Shown here in pieces: positions 10,766 to 23,889 of a DNA stretch of 28,901 nucleotides (positions within the stretch are counted from its first letter, which is position 1; the number at the start of each line of letters is the position of its first letter). A program made the translations under genes and the position numbers. Below the pieces are notes generated by a model. That model did no database searches. It was not told the DNA's origin and saw only the letters and a list, made by a program, of their open reading frames with translations. Where the stretch lies: contig PS015245.1 in assembly GCA_048213135.1 (NCBI GenBank), forward strand, positions 84,472 to 113,372, in the 5' to 3' direction. The stretch is from Reclinomonas americana ATCC 50394 (taxonomy: Eukaryota).

Positions 10766-13700
10766 ATGTCGGTCTTCTTCCGTTTCTTCGCAGGTGAGTG
10801 GGTTGATCGCTGGAGGGAGAGAGTGTGAGGAAAGTGTGTGTGGTGACATGTTCGCGCGCGCGCTCTGCAGAGACGGTGGCGGATCAGGTGCCGGTGTCGT
10901 CCAGTCACATCTCGGTGGGCGAGTTGAAGCGGTTGGTGATGGAGAAGCGGCGCATGAGTCGCTCCACGGACTTTGACTTGCAGTTTACACATGCGGAGAC
11001 TGGTGAAGGTGTGCCTCATCTTTGTGTGCGTGCAAGAGAGAGCGGGCTGTGCGAGGCGTGCTGTGTGCGTGTGCTAGTGTGTGTGCGCGTGGCGAGTGTG
11101 TGTGAGAAGCATGTCGGTCATCTCACTTTTTTGGTGTGTGGTGCAATGCAGAGTTTGACCGCGATACGTCACTGATTCCTCGCAACATCTGCGTGGTGGT
11201 GAAGCGTGTTCCGCGTACCAGGCCGGTTGGTCGTGGCTCGATGATTCTCACAGCGTTGCGTTGCTGCTCCTCTTCTTGATGAGGGGATGATTGACAATTG
11301 ACGTTACAACTAACACGCACACAGCTCGTCGACTGGACCCAAGGAGTCGTCGTCGTCTGCGGCGGCCGCGGCAGCAGCAGCAGCATCTGGAGCCACGCAC
11401 GGAGGGATGGGGGGAGGAGGAGGAGGACAGGCGTCTGCCACCATGGGCTCGTCGAGTGTGTCAGCAGCAACGGGTGGCGGTGGTGCATCCAGTGGTGCTG
11501 GTACCGCGGGCGCCACCACGACGGTGCTGGCTGCGGCGCCGGTTGCGACGGCGGCAAGTACGATTTGGTCGGCGCCCGGGCAGCCGCAAGTGCAGCTGAC
11601 GGAGGATGAGATGATGCGAATGATGAGCAGGGAGCACAGTCAGCGGCATCGAACGTTGCGTTGTTTTTCTGTTCGTGGTCCCGGAGGTGAGGGGAATGGG
11701 CTGCAGTGCTCACGTGCCGTTTGTTGTACACAGGATGGTTCGTGAGGCGCGCACACAAATGAAAAAGAGCATGCAACAGCTGCGCACAGAGCGAGCACCG
11801 AGAAAGCAAAACACCAAAGGTGTGCCCACCAAGTATCTGAGCAAGACCGGCGACGGCACCGACAATGTGCAAATGAAGCCGATTGCCGACGAGTTGCGTC
11901 TCCCCGCCTTTTGTTGTGTGTCTCCTTCGTTGTTGTTGTTGACCGGCTGCACAGATCTCAGTTCACCAGCATGCTGAAGAAGCTGGCGGCGTCCGTGGGC
12001 GATGCCTCGTTCTTGTGCCCGCTGAGTCACAAGTGGATGGTGGATCCGGTGCGCACAGCATGCTGCAATCACGCCTACAATCGACCTGGTGAGTCGCGCC
12101 GTGCAGCGCGAGAGATAATGAATGGCGGGTGCTTTGTTTGTGGCTGACTGTGAACTCGCCAGCCATTGTGGAGTACTTGAACACGCACGACGGTCGGTGC
12201 CCAGAGTGTGCGTCCGTGATCGACCCGGTTGCCGACCTCAAGCAATACGTGCAGCTGCGAGATCAAGTCCGGAAAGCACGAGAGAAGATTGCGCAAGGTG
12301 AGAGTGGCTGAAGAGAGAGAGAGATGGATAGAGGAGGAGAAGTAGAGAAGTGAGTGAGTTGAGTGAGTGGTAGTACGTGGCTGGGCCGGCGAACGACGGG
12401 TGGCGATGATAATGGTGCCGCGCATGGACCGCAAGTGCTGCGAAACTAGGCTGTCTCGTGATCTTGGCGCGCATGTGGGTGAAGAACGATGGATCGATCG
12501 CACATGCCGATGGATGGTGAGTGTACGAGGTCGCCAAGGGATGCCATGGAAGAGGCAGCTCGTGTGGGCACACGCAAGGGCATGCAGCTCGTGAATAAAA
12601 TACGGAGGCGTGCATCGATGGAGTGCTGCCTGCTGTTGTTGCCCTTGCGTGCGCCGGCCGGGTTGTTTTTTCTTCTGTGGTTTCCCTTGGCGCCTCGTCA
12701 CTCGTCCCAGACGCTCTCGGAGGGTCGGACCGGCGCTGGCTTCTTGGGTTTTAGAGCTAGTTTTCTGCAGTCAGACGAGAGACAGGGTGAGAGGCAGCGA
12801 TGGTGGTGGTGGTGGTGGTGGCTGTGATGGAGGAGGAGGAAGAAAATAACAGTTGCACGTGGTGCATCGGCTGCTTCTCTTGATGTGTTTTCTCGGGCGC
12901 TGTTGCTCTGTGTTCAACTGCATGCATGTGTTTGTGTGTATTGGGTTCGTGTGTGATGATTGCCGGTGGCCCGGCTGTGGCGGTTCCTCCTCTTGCATCG
13001 CAGCATCGACATTTTTCTTTCGCCGTAGACAGGGACAGTGAGGGAAAAGAGCTTGGTGGTGGTGGTTTTTTTGTTCTGGCAGGCGTGTTTATTGTTCGTC
13101 CACATTTTGCAGAGGGTCGACCCGATCCAGTTGAAGAGGCGGAGCGAGCAGCGGCTGCCGAAGAGGAGGCTCGACGGCAGCTGGCCGCAGCTGAGGCTGA
13201 GGAGGACGAAGAGGAAGACGAGGATGACGAAGAAGAAGATCATCAGGACGGCGCGTCGCACGGCAGCGGAGAGGCTGCGGCCGAGAGAACCGGCACACCG
13301 CCGCAGCAGGAGCAGCAGCAAAACGGTGATGCGGCAGCACCGATTGCTGGCGGCGAACCGCTGAAGAGTGTCGGTGACGTCGCGGCGGAGAACACACCGA
13401 CGCCGACACCGCAGCCGGTGGTGGTGGTGGACGGCCTGCTGGAGGCACCAACGGCGAAACCGCAGCGCCTACAGTCGCTCGACGATGCGACGCGTTCGGC
13501 CATGGCGATGCCGCTCCGCGCAGAACTGAAACATGTGGGGCCACCGACGCTGACACCAGGCCAGCCGCTGATGACTCCTGCGATGTACATGATGCCTAAC
13601 GGCGCACCGATGGTGTCACCCTATGCTCCGCATGTTGCCATGCAGCCGTATCGTGGTTTCGCACCTCCTCCACCCCATCACCCATCGCTTTACCATGCAC

Positions 13701-15472
13701 CCATGCCGCCCTACGGACACATGCCTCCTCACTATTACGGCGGCGCTGCTGGTGGAGGTGGACGCTATCCGGGTCCCGGAGGCCCTCCGTTCATGCCACC
13801 GCCGATGCACGGCGGGCAACCGTCCTCGTCGTCGTCATCTGTCGGAGGCAGAGGAGGAGGTCGGCACCGATCCCCGTCACCAGTCGATCGCAATCGCTAC
13901 CACAATCGGCATTCGTCGCGTCGTTCGAGATCCAGGTCGCGGTCGCCAGCACACGACACGAGGCACCCTCGTCGGCGCGAGTCGAGTCGCGAGCGCCGCT
14001 CCAGCCGCGATCGGGACAGTGATCGCCGTCGGCGCAGCCGTTCTCGCGAAGATCGCCGCCACAGCAGCAAGGATCGGGACAGCACTGGCGGCGCGAAGGC
14101 TGAACGCGACAAGGAGACCGAAAAGAATGTGGAGGCCTCGACACCGACGGCTGGTGACGATAGTGTGGCGGGCGATACCAAGCCGTCGGCGAGCGTCGTC
14201 GAGGCGGCCATGGCGGTGGCCGAGGGCTGGAAGAAGGACAAGCCGTCGAGTGGTGAGCGCGATCGCTCGTCGCGGAAACGAGCGCCGGAAGGCGAGGCAG
14301 CGGTGGAGGGTGGCGCCGAAGAGGACGAGCGTGCACGGAAACGTGCGAGGCGATCACGGTCACCGAGGCGCAGCAGTGATGGCGATGACCGTTCCAGGCG
14401 GCGACGTGAGGAGGCGGAGAAGGAGACGGAGGCACCAAAGGACGCCGAACGCGATGACCGTTCCAAGCGGCGGCGTGAGGAGGCGGAGAAGGAGGCGTCG
14501 AAAGACGTCGCGACGCAGCGCAGTGGCGAGGGCGATGAAGGTCGCAGTGGCGGTGATCGTTCCAAGCGACGACGTGAGGAGGTGGAGAAGGAGAAGGAGG
14601 CGTCGTCCACAAAGGACGCCACCGAGACGGACGACACACGGCCAACGAAGCGACAGCGCACGGAGAGTGGCGCAAGCAGCAAGAAGGAGGAGCACAAGTC
14701 GTCGCGCGACAGCGGTGCCTCGGAGGAGAGTCGCAGGCGGTCGAGTCGCGACGAGTCGGTGAAGGAGTTGTCGTCGTCGTCGTCGCAGCCTTCTCGGGAA
14801 CGTGAGCGGGATCGCGGAGAAGACAAGGGCAAGAGCACTTCGTCCTCCTCCTCCTCTCGACATGGAGGCGACAGGGAACGCAAGCCCGAAGGCAGCAGCA
14901 GCAGCAGCAGCACGACCAAGGAGCGATCGCACAAGGAGGCGACGGCGGAGAAGTCCAGCAGCAATCGCGAACGCAAGGAGCGTCGCGACTCGGACAGTGC
15001 TACCACCACTACTACCGCTTCATCGTCGTCGTCCTCTTCCCGCCGACGTGAGTCCACGGACAAGGAGGGTGAACGCAAGGAGCGGAGACGCGAGTCGACA
15101 GACAAGGAGGGTGAGCGGAAGAAGCAAGAGTCCACGGACAAGGAGGGTGAGCGGAAGGAGCGGAAGCACGGATCCACGGAGAAGGAGGGTGAGCGTAAGG
15201 AGCGGAGACACGAGTCCACGGACAAGGAGGGTGAGCGGAAGGAGCGGAAGCACGAGTCCACGGACAAGGAGGGTGAGCGGAAGGAGCGGAGACACGAGTC
15301 GAGCTCCGACCGCCGTGATCGCGACAAGGACGGCAGCAGCGATCGACGACGACACGAATCTGGATCGAGTCGCAGCAGCAGGGATAAGGAACGCCGTAGC
15401 AGCAAGAGCGACGGCGAGCCGCCACCAACAGCGATGGAGGTCGATCGAGGTGCGGCCGCTGCGGCTGTGTAG
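10766..15472 (+). CDS. RBBP6: RBBP6/Mpe1-like pre-mRNA 3'-processing factor / E3 ligase: DWNN ubiquitin-like domain, degenerate RING, Pro-rich and RS-rich regions, charged repeats
   Basis: Spliced N-terminus MSVFFRFFAETVADQVPVSSSHISVGELKRLVMEKRRMSRSTDFDLQFTHAETGEEFDRDTSLIPRNICVVVKRVP matches DWNN. TKGVPTKYL resembles the conserved TGIPRSF segment. RING-like FLCPLSHKWMVDPVRTACCNHAYNRPAIVEYLNTHDGRCPEC. Last exon 13113-15472 has a Pro/Tyr/Met-rich stretch and SRSRSRSP. Confidence 0.85.
12594..12599 (+). promoter_or_regulatory. Candidate intronic polyadenylation signal AATAAA in the RBBP6 long intron
   Basis: Perfect AATAAA followed about 30-75 nt downstream by GT/T-rich sequence (ctgttgtt...gggttgtttttt). 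An in-frame stop lies at 12309-12311 if the 12298 donor is read through. Confidence 0.4.
15050..15300 (+). repeat. Coding tandem repeat, six units of about 42 nt (ESTDKEGERKER[RK]H)
   Basis: The unit gagtccacggacaaggagggtgagcggaaggagcggaRRcac recurs six times; one unit is shortened to 36 nt. Confidence 0.9.
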
Positions 15473-15490
15473 AATGATAATTTACAGTAG

Positions 15491-15496
15491 AATAAA
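15491..15496 (+). terminator. Polyadenylation signal AATAAA of the RBBP6-like gene
   Basis: AATAAA 18 nt after the TAG stop, in an AT-rich patch. Confidence 0.6.
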
Positions 15497-15753
15497 AACA
15501 CAACAAGAACAACGTATCCGGGGGAGGGCCGTCGGTGGGTACAGGTGTGTTGTGATTGGCTTCACCTTCCGTGTGCGTGCACACACTCCCTCCGAAGGAG
15601 GGCGAGCAGCGAGAGAGAGAGAGCGCCACACGAAACGCTCGTTTGCTCACCCTCGCTGCAGCAGGCACAGAGACACGTCGTGCAGTAAGGTGAGTCAGCG
15701 AGAGCACTGTCGCTGCGAAGGCATACGTTTATGGAGTTCTTCACGCTGCAGAA

Positions 15754-16686
15754 ATGTCTTTAACTTCTGGTCATGGCGCCGGCACACCGAGTACTTCTGG
15801 GGGCTCGGAGAGTGCTTGTGATCAAGTATCGCCCATGCTTGTGACAGATGATGCACTCGTGGATCCTGCGAGAGGTGGGATCCGGACTGCGCATTACTGC
15901 TATTGCGGTCGGTCACGAACCCACTGATCATCTCTGCGTGCAGTCAGCCTCGATGATCTGCTGGCGCTCGATACGCGTGAGGGAAACGAGGAGAACAAGC
16001 GGCGCGTGCAGATCCTGTCCGACAGACTGGAGAGCTTGTCGCTGGCTGATCCACGGCCAAGTCCTGCAGGTGCTGTACACGATACATGGACCTGGCTCGT
16101 GCAAATGTCCACTGTTGTGCCTCGTATTCCTGATTTGCATTCCCAAGCAGAGGCTGTAAGACGCGCCCATCTTCTGCTTGTCTGCGTCGGAAAAATCGAC
16201 GGATCTCTGGCTGCTCCCGCGCTTGAACCCGAGCCGGACGATGACGGCTGGTAACCATAACCGATGAGGTGGTCGATGGTTGGACCTGGTCCAAGCTGCA
16301 AGAGATGGCTGCGCTGCAGCTGCGCACTGGCGTTTAGTGTTGGTGAATGAATTCGAATTTGCTGGTATTGCATGCTGCTGCCTGCGTTTCATTCCCGCGG
16401 CAATAACAACTTTACTGATCCAACAAGCAGCACTGCTGCATGCACATGACGATCACCATCTTGAGTATCCCGTGAAGATCGCAGTTCTCGACTTGTTCGG
16501 AGCTCCGAGAGCGAACACGCACACACAAGTAACCTGCTGCTGCCTCAAGACTGGTGTCTGTGTTGATGTTTTGGATACGGTTGGACTTGGTCATCAAGAC
16601 AGTTGTTGCTTGTATGTTGGTGAATGAATTTGTTGTGTTGTTGAGCACCAGAGGCGCAGCGCAGCGCTGCGATGAGAAAAGCTTAA
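15754..16686 (+). CDS. Small uncharacterised multi-exon protein with an intron in the 5' UTR; 3' end uncertain
   Basis: An intron GTGAGT(15690)..TGCAG(15751) precedes ATG 15754. Phase-compatible GT-AG introns give MSLTSGHGAG...DPARVSLDDLLALDTREGNEENKRRVQILSDRLESLSLADPRPSPAEAVRRAHLLLVCVGKIDG...CCALAFSVALLHAHDDHHLEYPVKIAVLDLFGAP. I recognise no family. Confidence 0.45.
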
Positions 16687-17309
16687 GTCGACGTCGAAAT
16701 GTCCAATGCTGGCGTTTGCAGGTATGATCGCCTGCATCTCGACTTGCTCACTGTTTCCATGAAGCCTCAGTTGTTGGTGCGCCGTCAAGATGGTGGTCAG
16801 AATCCACCGGTGTTGCTGGTTGGTTTGTGCTTGTTGCCTGCGCGCGGGAAATAATGTACATTTGCATGCTTGTCCAGCACGCTTCGTGACGAGTTCCCCT
16901 TTCGGCGGTCCTGGAGCGCACGCCACACATTTTCGCCGCTCCCGGTGAAACACCACCTCCATCCCACAATTCCGAGCGGCAAACGACTACGCGGAGGTTG
17001 CGGAGAGAATCACAATCCGGACAACGGTATTTGTTTTCACCGGAAATGGCGTGCACGGGAACATCCATCCACCGGCGCCGCGGCAAAAACGACGGAACGC
17101 AACGCACACTGCACACCCCCCAGCCAACACCCACCGTTGCAGCAACAGACCACACAATCGAAAAAAATGTATTGAGTACTCCACCGAATTGGAAGGAGAT
17201 CATGAAACGGCAGCGCACGGTTCATCATTGTTTGCGCGCATCTCCGCGCAGCGGTGAATAAACACGGCCAGTGCACACACAGAGAACCACCACGCGAAAG
17301 AGACTGAGG

Positions 17310-17571
17310 ATGACAACACGGTTACCTCTTGTACACGCCATTGTGTACTCTGACGGCGACCGACCTCAACAAGTCGATCAAGACGACGACGACGATGGAG
17401 AAGAAGACGAAGAAGACGATGATGATGAGGAGAACGATGAGACAAGAGCACTGGTTGCTGCGTGCGAGCGTGCCATTACACAGTGTCTCAACACAGACGA
17501 TGAGAGTGAGACAGCGGCGGCGGCAGAGGCCAAGGTCGCACATGCGGTGTCGTGTATTCATCAAGGTGCGA

Positions 17572-17622
<51 letters not shown>

Positions 17623-20040
17623 ACACTCGCACACACTCACACTCACACTCCTCTGTCTGTCTGTTCTTGTCCACAGCCAGCACGCATCTGACATCGGATC
17701 TGTTGTCGACTCTGTTGCCGTGGCTATTGCCGTCGCTGGAGCTGAGCACGCACAGTGAGCCTTCGTCGGTGGCCATTCGCCTGCTGGAGGCACTGCTCAC
17801 TGGTGAGTAAGAGGCAGAGACGGACGAGACACATGGCTGTATCATGATCTTGTTCTTCTCCTTCTCGTCCTCTGTCTTGTTCCTCTTCTCCCTGTCCCCC
17901 TCCACGTCCTCCTTCTCCTCCTCCCCCCCTCTTTCTCCCTGTCCCCCTCCACCTCTTCCTTCTCTGTCTTGTCCTTTTCCTTCCTGTTGTTCTCGTTTCG
18001 TTTGTTCTGTTCCTTTGTCTCCCTGTGCTCCTCGCCCTTTTTCCCCTTCTCCCATATCTCTTCTCCTCTTCTCCTCCTTCTCCCCCCTTCTCCTTGTCCT
18101 CCCTTCTCACGATTTCTGGACGTGCGCGCGCACGCTATACAGCAAGCGAGGTCTCTCGCACACTCTTCCATCGATACGGAGGCACCAGCAAGCTGGTGGC
18201 ACGACTGGCACACGATGAGAGCGATGTGGTGGCACTGATGCTGCTGGCGGTGTGCACGCGGCCGCATCGATTGTCGCTGGATCAGACGCGGCTGCTGGTG
18301 GCCAGTGGGGGCGAATTGGCGACCGTGAGTCGCGTATGTGATGCGCACGCGCTGTGTTTGCGACGGTTGACGACGCTGGAGAATGTGCTGGAGACCACGC
18401 ATGGTGAGTGACCTTTAGTGTGTGTGTGTGAGGAACGCTTTGGTTTAGATGACCAATAACAACAGTGCGTTCAGATCGAGTACGCCGCTGGCTGCAACGA
18501 TATCTGGTGATCCGGACAGAGTTTCTGCAGCAGTGCACCATCACCTTCTTCACCGCCGATCGCGAAGTGTGTTTGCGATTGCTGCTGTTGCTGCTGCGCG
18601 TCACATTCAGTTGCGCCTCGCTGCATGTTTTTCGCTGCCTTCCTCTTTCGCTGTTTGTTGACTTGGCGATGAGCAGAAAACACTCGGGCCTGCCTGGCTC
18701 TCATCTCCCAGGCCTCGCTGCTGGATGTGTTGGCGCAGCAACTGGAGATACTGCAGACTGGAGCGGGTGGTTCGTGCGCGTTTGCCAACAGCACCATCTT
18801 GAGATTGTTCGAGCGTCTGCGCCTCGAGTTGCAAAGAGTACCTGCACGGTGCGTGTGGAGCTGTACGCAAGGCGGTTATGTGCGCGTTGCTAAATAGCAG
18901 TGATTTTCGGTCTCACAGAGCGAGACTGCTGACCGGTTGCTCGCCGCGGACCACCGAGCTGCTGCTGTCGACGACGTGCCTCCTGCCAGTCATTCCCACC
19001 GTCAGTTGCGTCTCACCTGTTCTTGCTGTCCGCATTTCTGCTGCTGACCTCTTGTCTGCAAAGACGGACTGCTCGGCACCTCCAGCTCTTCGCACGACAG
19101 CGACGATGTGGGTGTGGATGTTGACGGCGGCTACCTCGTGTTGGACAAGGACGCCTACGATCCCTTCCCCGTGGACGCTGGTGAGTACATTGAGCGATTT
19201 TGTCTTTATTCTCTCTCCCCCCTGGCTCACGCTGCCCCCTCCCACTCGCAGAGGTCATGGCGCAGAGTGCCGGCACCTCGGCGTCTCCCAAGCGCAAGCC
19301 ATCCATTCTGTCGCCGTCGTCGTCCATGCCATCGATCGTCGCTGCGGCCACCGCCGCAGTGATGCCGCCGTCGTCGATCGGCACCGATACCGCGTTCACG
19401 GTGCGCAGGAGAAGGAAGATGCGGAAATTCCGCTCCGACACTGCCGCCTCGCGCCGTGTCAGCGAGCCATGTGCGTAGCAGCTGCTGCTGTGCTCTTATC
19501 TTGATTCGCCACTCATTTCGCTGACGTGCAGTGCAAGACGACGACTCGGACGAGAGACGCGCAATACCCTACGTCGATTCGCTGTCCGCCGGCGGTGGTG
19601 GTGGTGGCATCGGTGGCGGTGGTGGACGCACCGTCACGACCGTGAGCACCGCCTGCTCATCGTGCGAACAGGATTCGTGCCTGGCCACCGTGCCGTCGTC
19701 GCCGGTGGTGGCGCACGGCCTGTACGTCATCAGCTCGCGCACCGAGTTGCTGCTGGTGGCGCACAACTCGCCGCACGCCGTCGCCCAGCTCATGGCGTAT
19801 GTGCAAGATGGCGGCGACGATCCCGATCTGTGTCGCGCCGTGCGGGAGATCTACGTGTCGTTGGAGAAGGCCGGCGTGGCGCCCCGCAGCTGGTCGTCGG
19901 TGTTCCAGTTGGCGTGCAGTCACGCGCGCGCCGGTCCATGCTCGCAGGTCGGTTGGGCGGCGGTGTCGCATTTCTTGCGCTCGACCATGCCGCTGAGCAT
20001 GTTTGACTCGGCGTCGCCCACCGCCGATGCTCACAAGTAG
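17310..20040 (+). CDS. Uncharacterised multi-exon protein, acidic N-terminus and Leu-rich helical (ARM/HEAT-like) segments
   Basis: ATG at 17310 (MTTRLPLVHAIV), a D/E tract, then exons LLSTLLPWLLPSLEL, LFHRYGGTSKLVARL, ASLLDVLAQQLEIL and DGGYLVLDKDAYDPF, and a final exon ending DAHK* at 20040. Splice phases are consistent. Confidence 0.6.
17573..17648 (+). repeat. (CA)n microsatellite in intron 1 of the 17310-20040 gene
   Basis: Direct CA run degenerating into CACT units. Confidence 0.95.
17848..18107 (+). repeat. Low-complexity polypyrimidine (T/C) tract inside a 340-nt intron (17803-18142)
   Basis: About 260 nt almost devoid of A, made of TTC/TCC/TGTC units. Confidence 0.85.
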
Positions 20041-20256
20041 TGGAGAGAGAGAGAGAATATTCATTCGATGACGAGTGAGTTGTCGAAAGGTTACGTGTTT
20101 TCTGTTTGTTTTGCTGGTTAGTTTTGCAGCGTAGGCAGTTGGTTGAAGTAGCTGTCGTTATGTAATCTGGGTTCTTGGAGACCAGGGGGAGGGAGGGGAC
20201 GTCGATGTGAAGAGAAGGGCGTTGTGAAGTGCGAGGAGCGGGACAACTCGACATGA

Positions 20257-22995
<2,739 letters not shown>

Positions 22996-23137
22996 AACAC
23001 CATCTTTGCCTCAAGTTGTTGTTTCGGAGAAGGGTGCGGCGCGGAGCTGAACAGATCCATGTCGACGTCGACACCAAAGGCAATGGGTGAGGAACCTCCT
23101 GACTGACGGGACACCACGGCAGCATTCGTTGTGACGG

Positions 23138-23834
23138 ATGGGTTTCGAAGACGCACACGTTGGAGACAGGGGCGGAGAAGGCAGTGGATCTGCTCCTCCC
23201 CTTCCTCCTCCTCCGCCTGCTGCTGCTTCCGAAGATGAGATTGTTCTCGAGCAGCAAGTGATGCGACTCTCTAGCGACAGTGAGGAACAATTCGTGTTCT
23301 GTGTGGTGCGCGCTGTGCATCGTCGCCCTCCATCTGAGGAGGGAGAGAAAGAGGCACAGCCACCGCGTTTGTGGATGGAGCAAGTCGCGCAAGAGTCGCG
23401 AGTGGTGGCGGAGGAATACGTGTGCCCAGTGTGTATGGTGAGTGTTTCTCTCTCTCTCTCTCTCTCTCTNNNNNNNNNNNNNNNNNNNNNNNNNNNNNNN
23501 NNNNNNNNNNNNNNNNNNNNNNNNNNNNNNNNNNNNNNNNNNNNNNNNNNNNNNNNNNNNNNNNNNNNNNNNNNNNNNNNNNNNNNNNNNNNNNNNNNNN
23601 NNNNNNNNNNNNNNNNNNNNNNNNNNNNNNNNNNNNNNNNNNNNNNNNNNNNNNNNNNNNNNNNNNNNNNNNNNNNNNNNNNNNNNNNNNNNNNNNNNNN
23701 NNNNNNNNNNNNNNNNNNCCGTCCGGTTCGGTACGGTGGTAGGTACGTACGGTACGACGGACGACGACGGTACGGACGGTACGGTGGTGGGTCGGAGGAG
23801 GTACGTAGTCGTCGTCGTCGTGTGTGTGTGTGTC

Positions 23835-23889
<55 letters not shown>

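Noticed and set aside
12953-13040. Box C/D snoRNA in the RBBP6 long intron (GTGATGA near 12953)
   Set aside because: No matching CTGA box D or terminal stem at a suitable distance.
13897-15501. 534-aa minus-strand ORF (and the 392-aa plus-strand ORF at 7176-8354)
   Set aside because: Antisense shadows of GC-rich, low-complexity coding exons, with no independent motifs or splice signals.
15695-16962. Minus-strand ORFs 15928-16392, 15900-16373 and 16594-16962 as a gene or transposon
   Set aside because: Splice signals and a coherent reading frame lie on the plus strand. No transposase/RT motifs, terminal repeats or target-site duplications seen.
23719-23820. GGTAC/GACG quasi-repeat after the N-gap in copy 2 intron 1
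   Set aside because: Same gap-edge, low-quality read signature; not credible as a biological repeat or CRISPR-like array.
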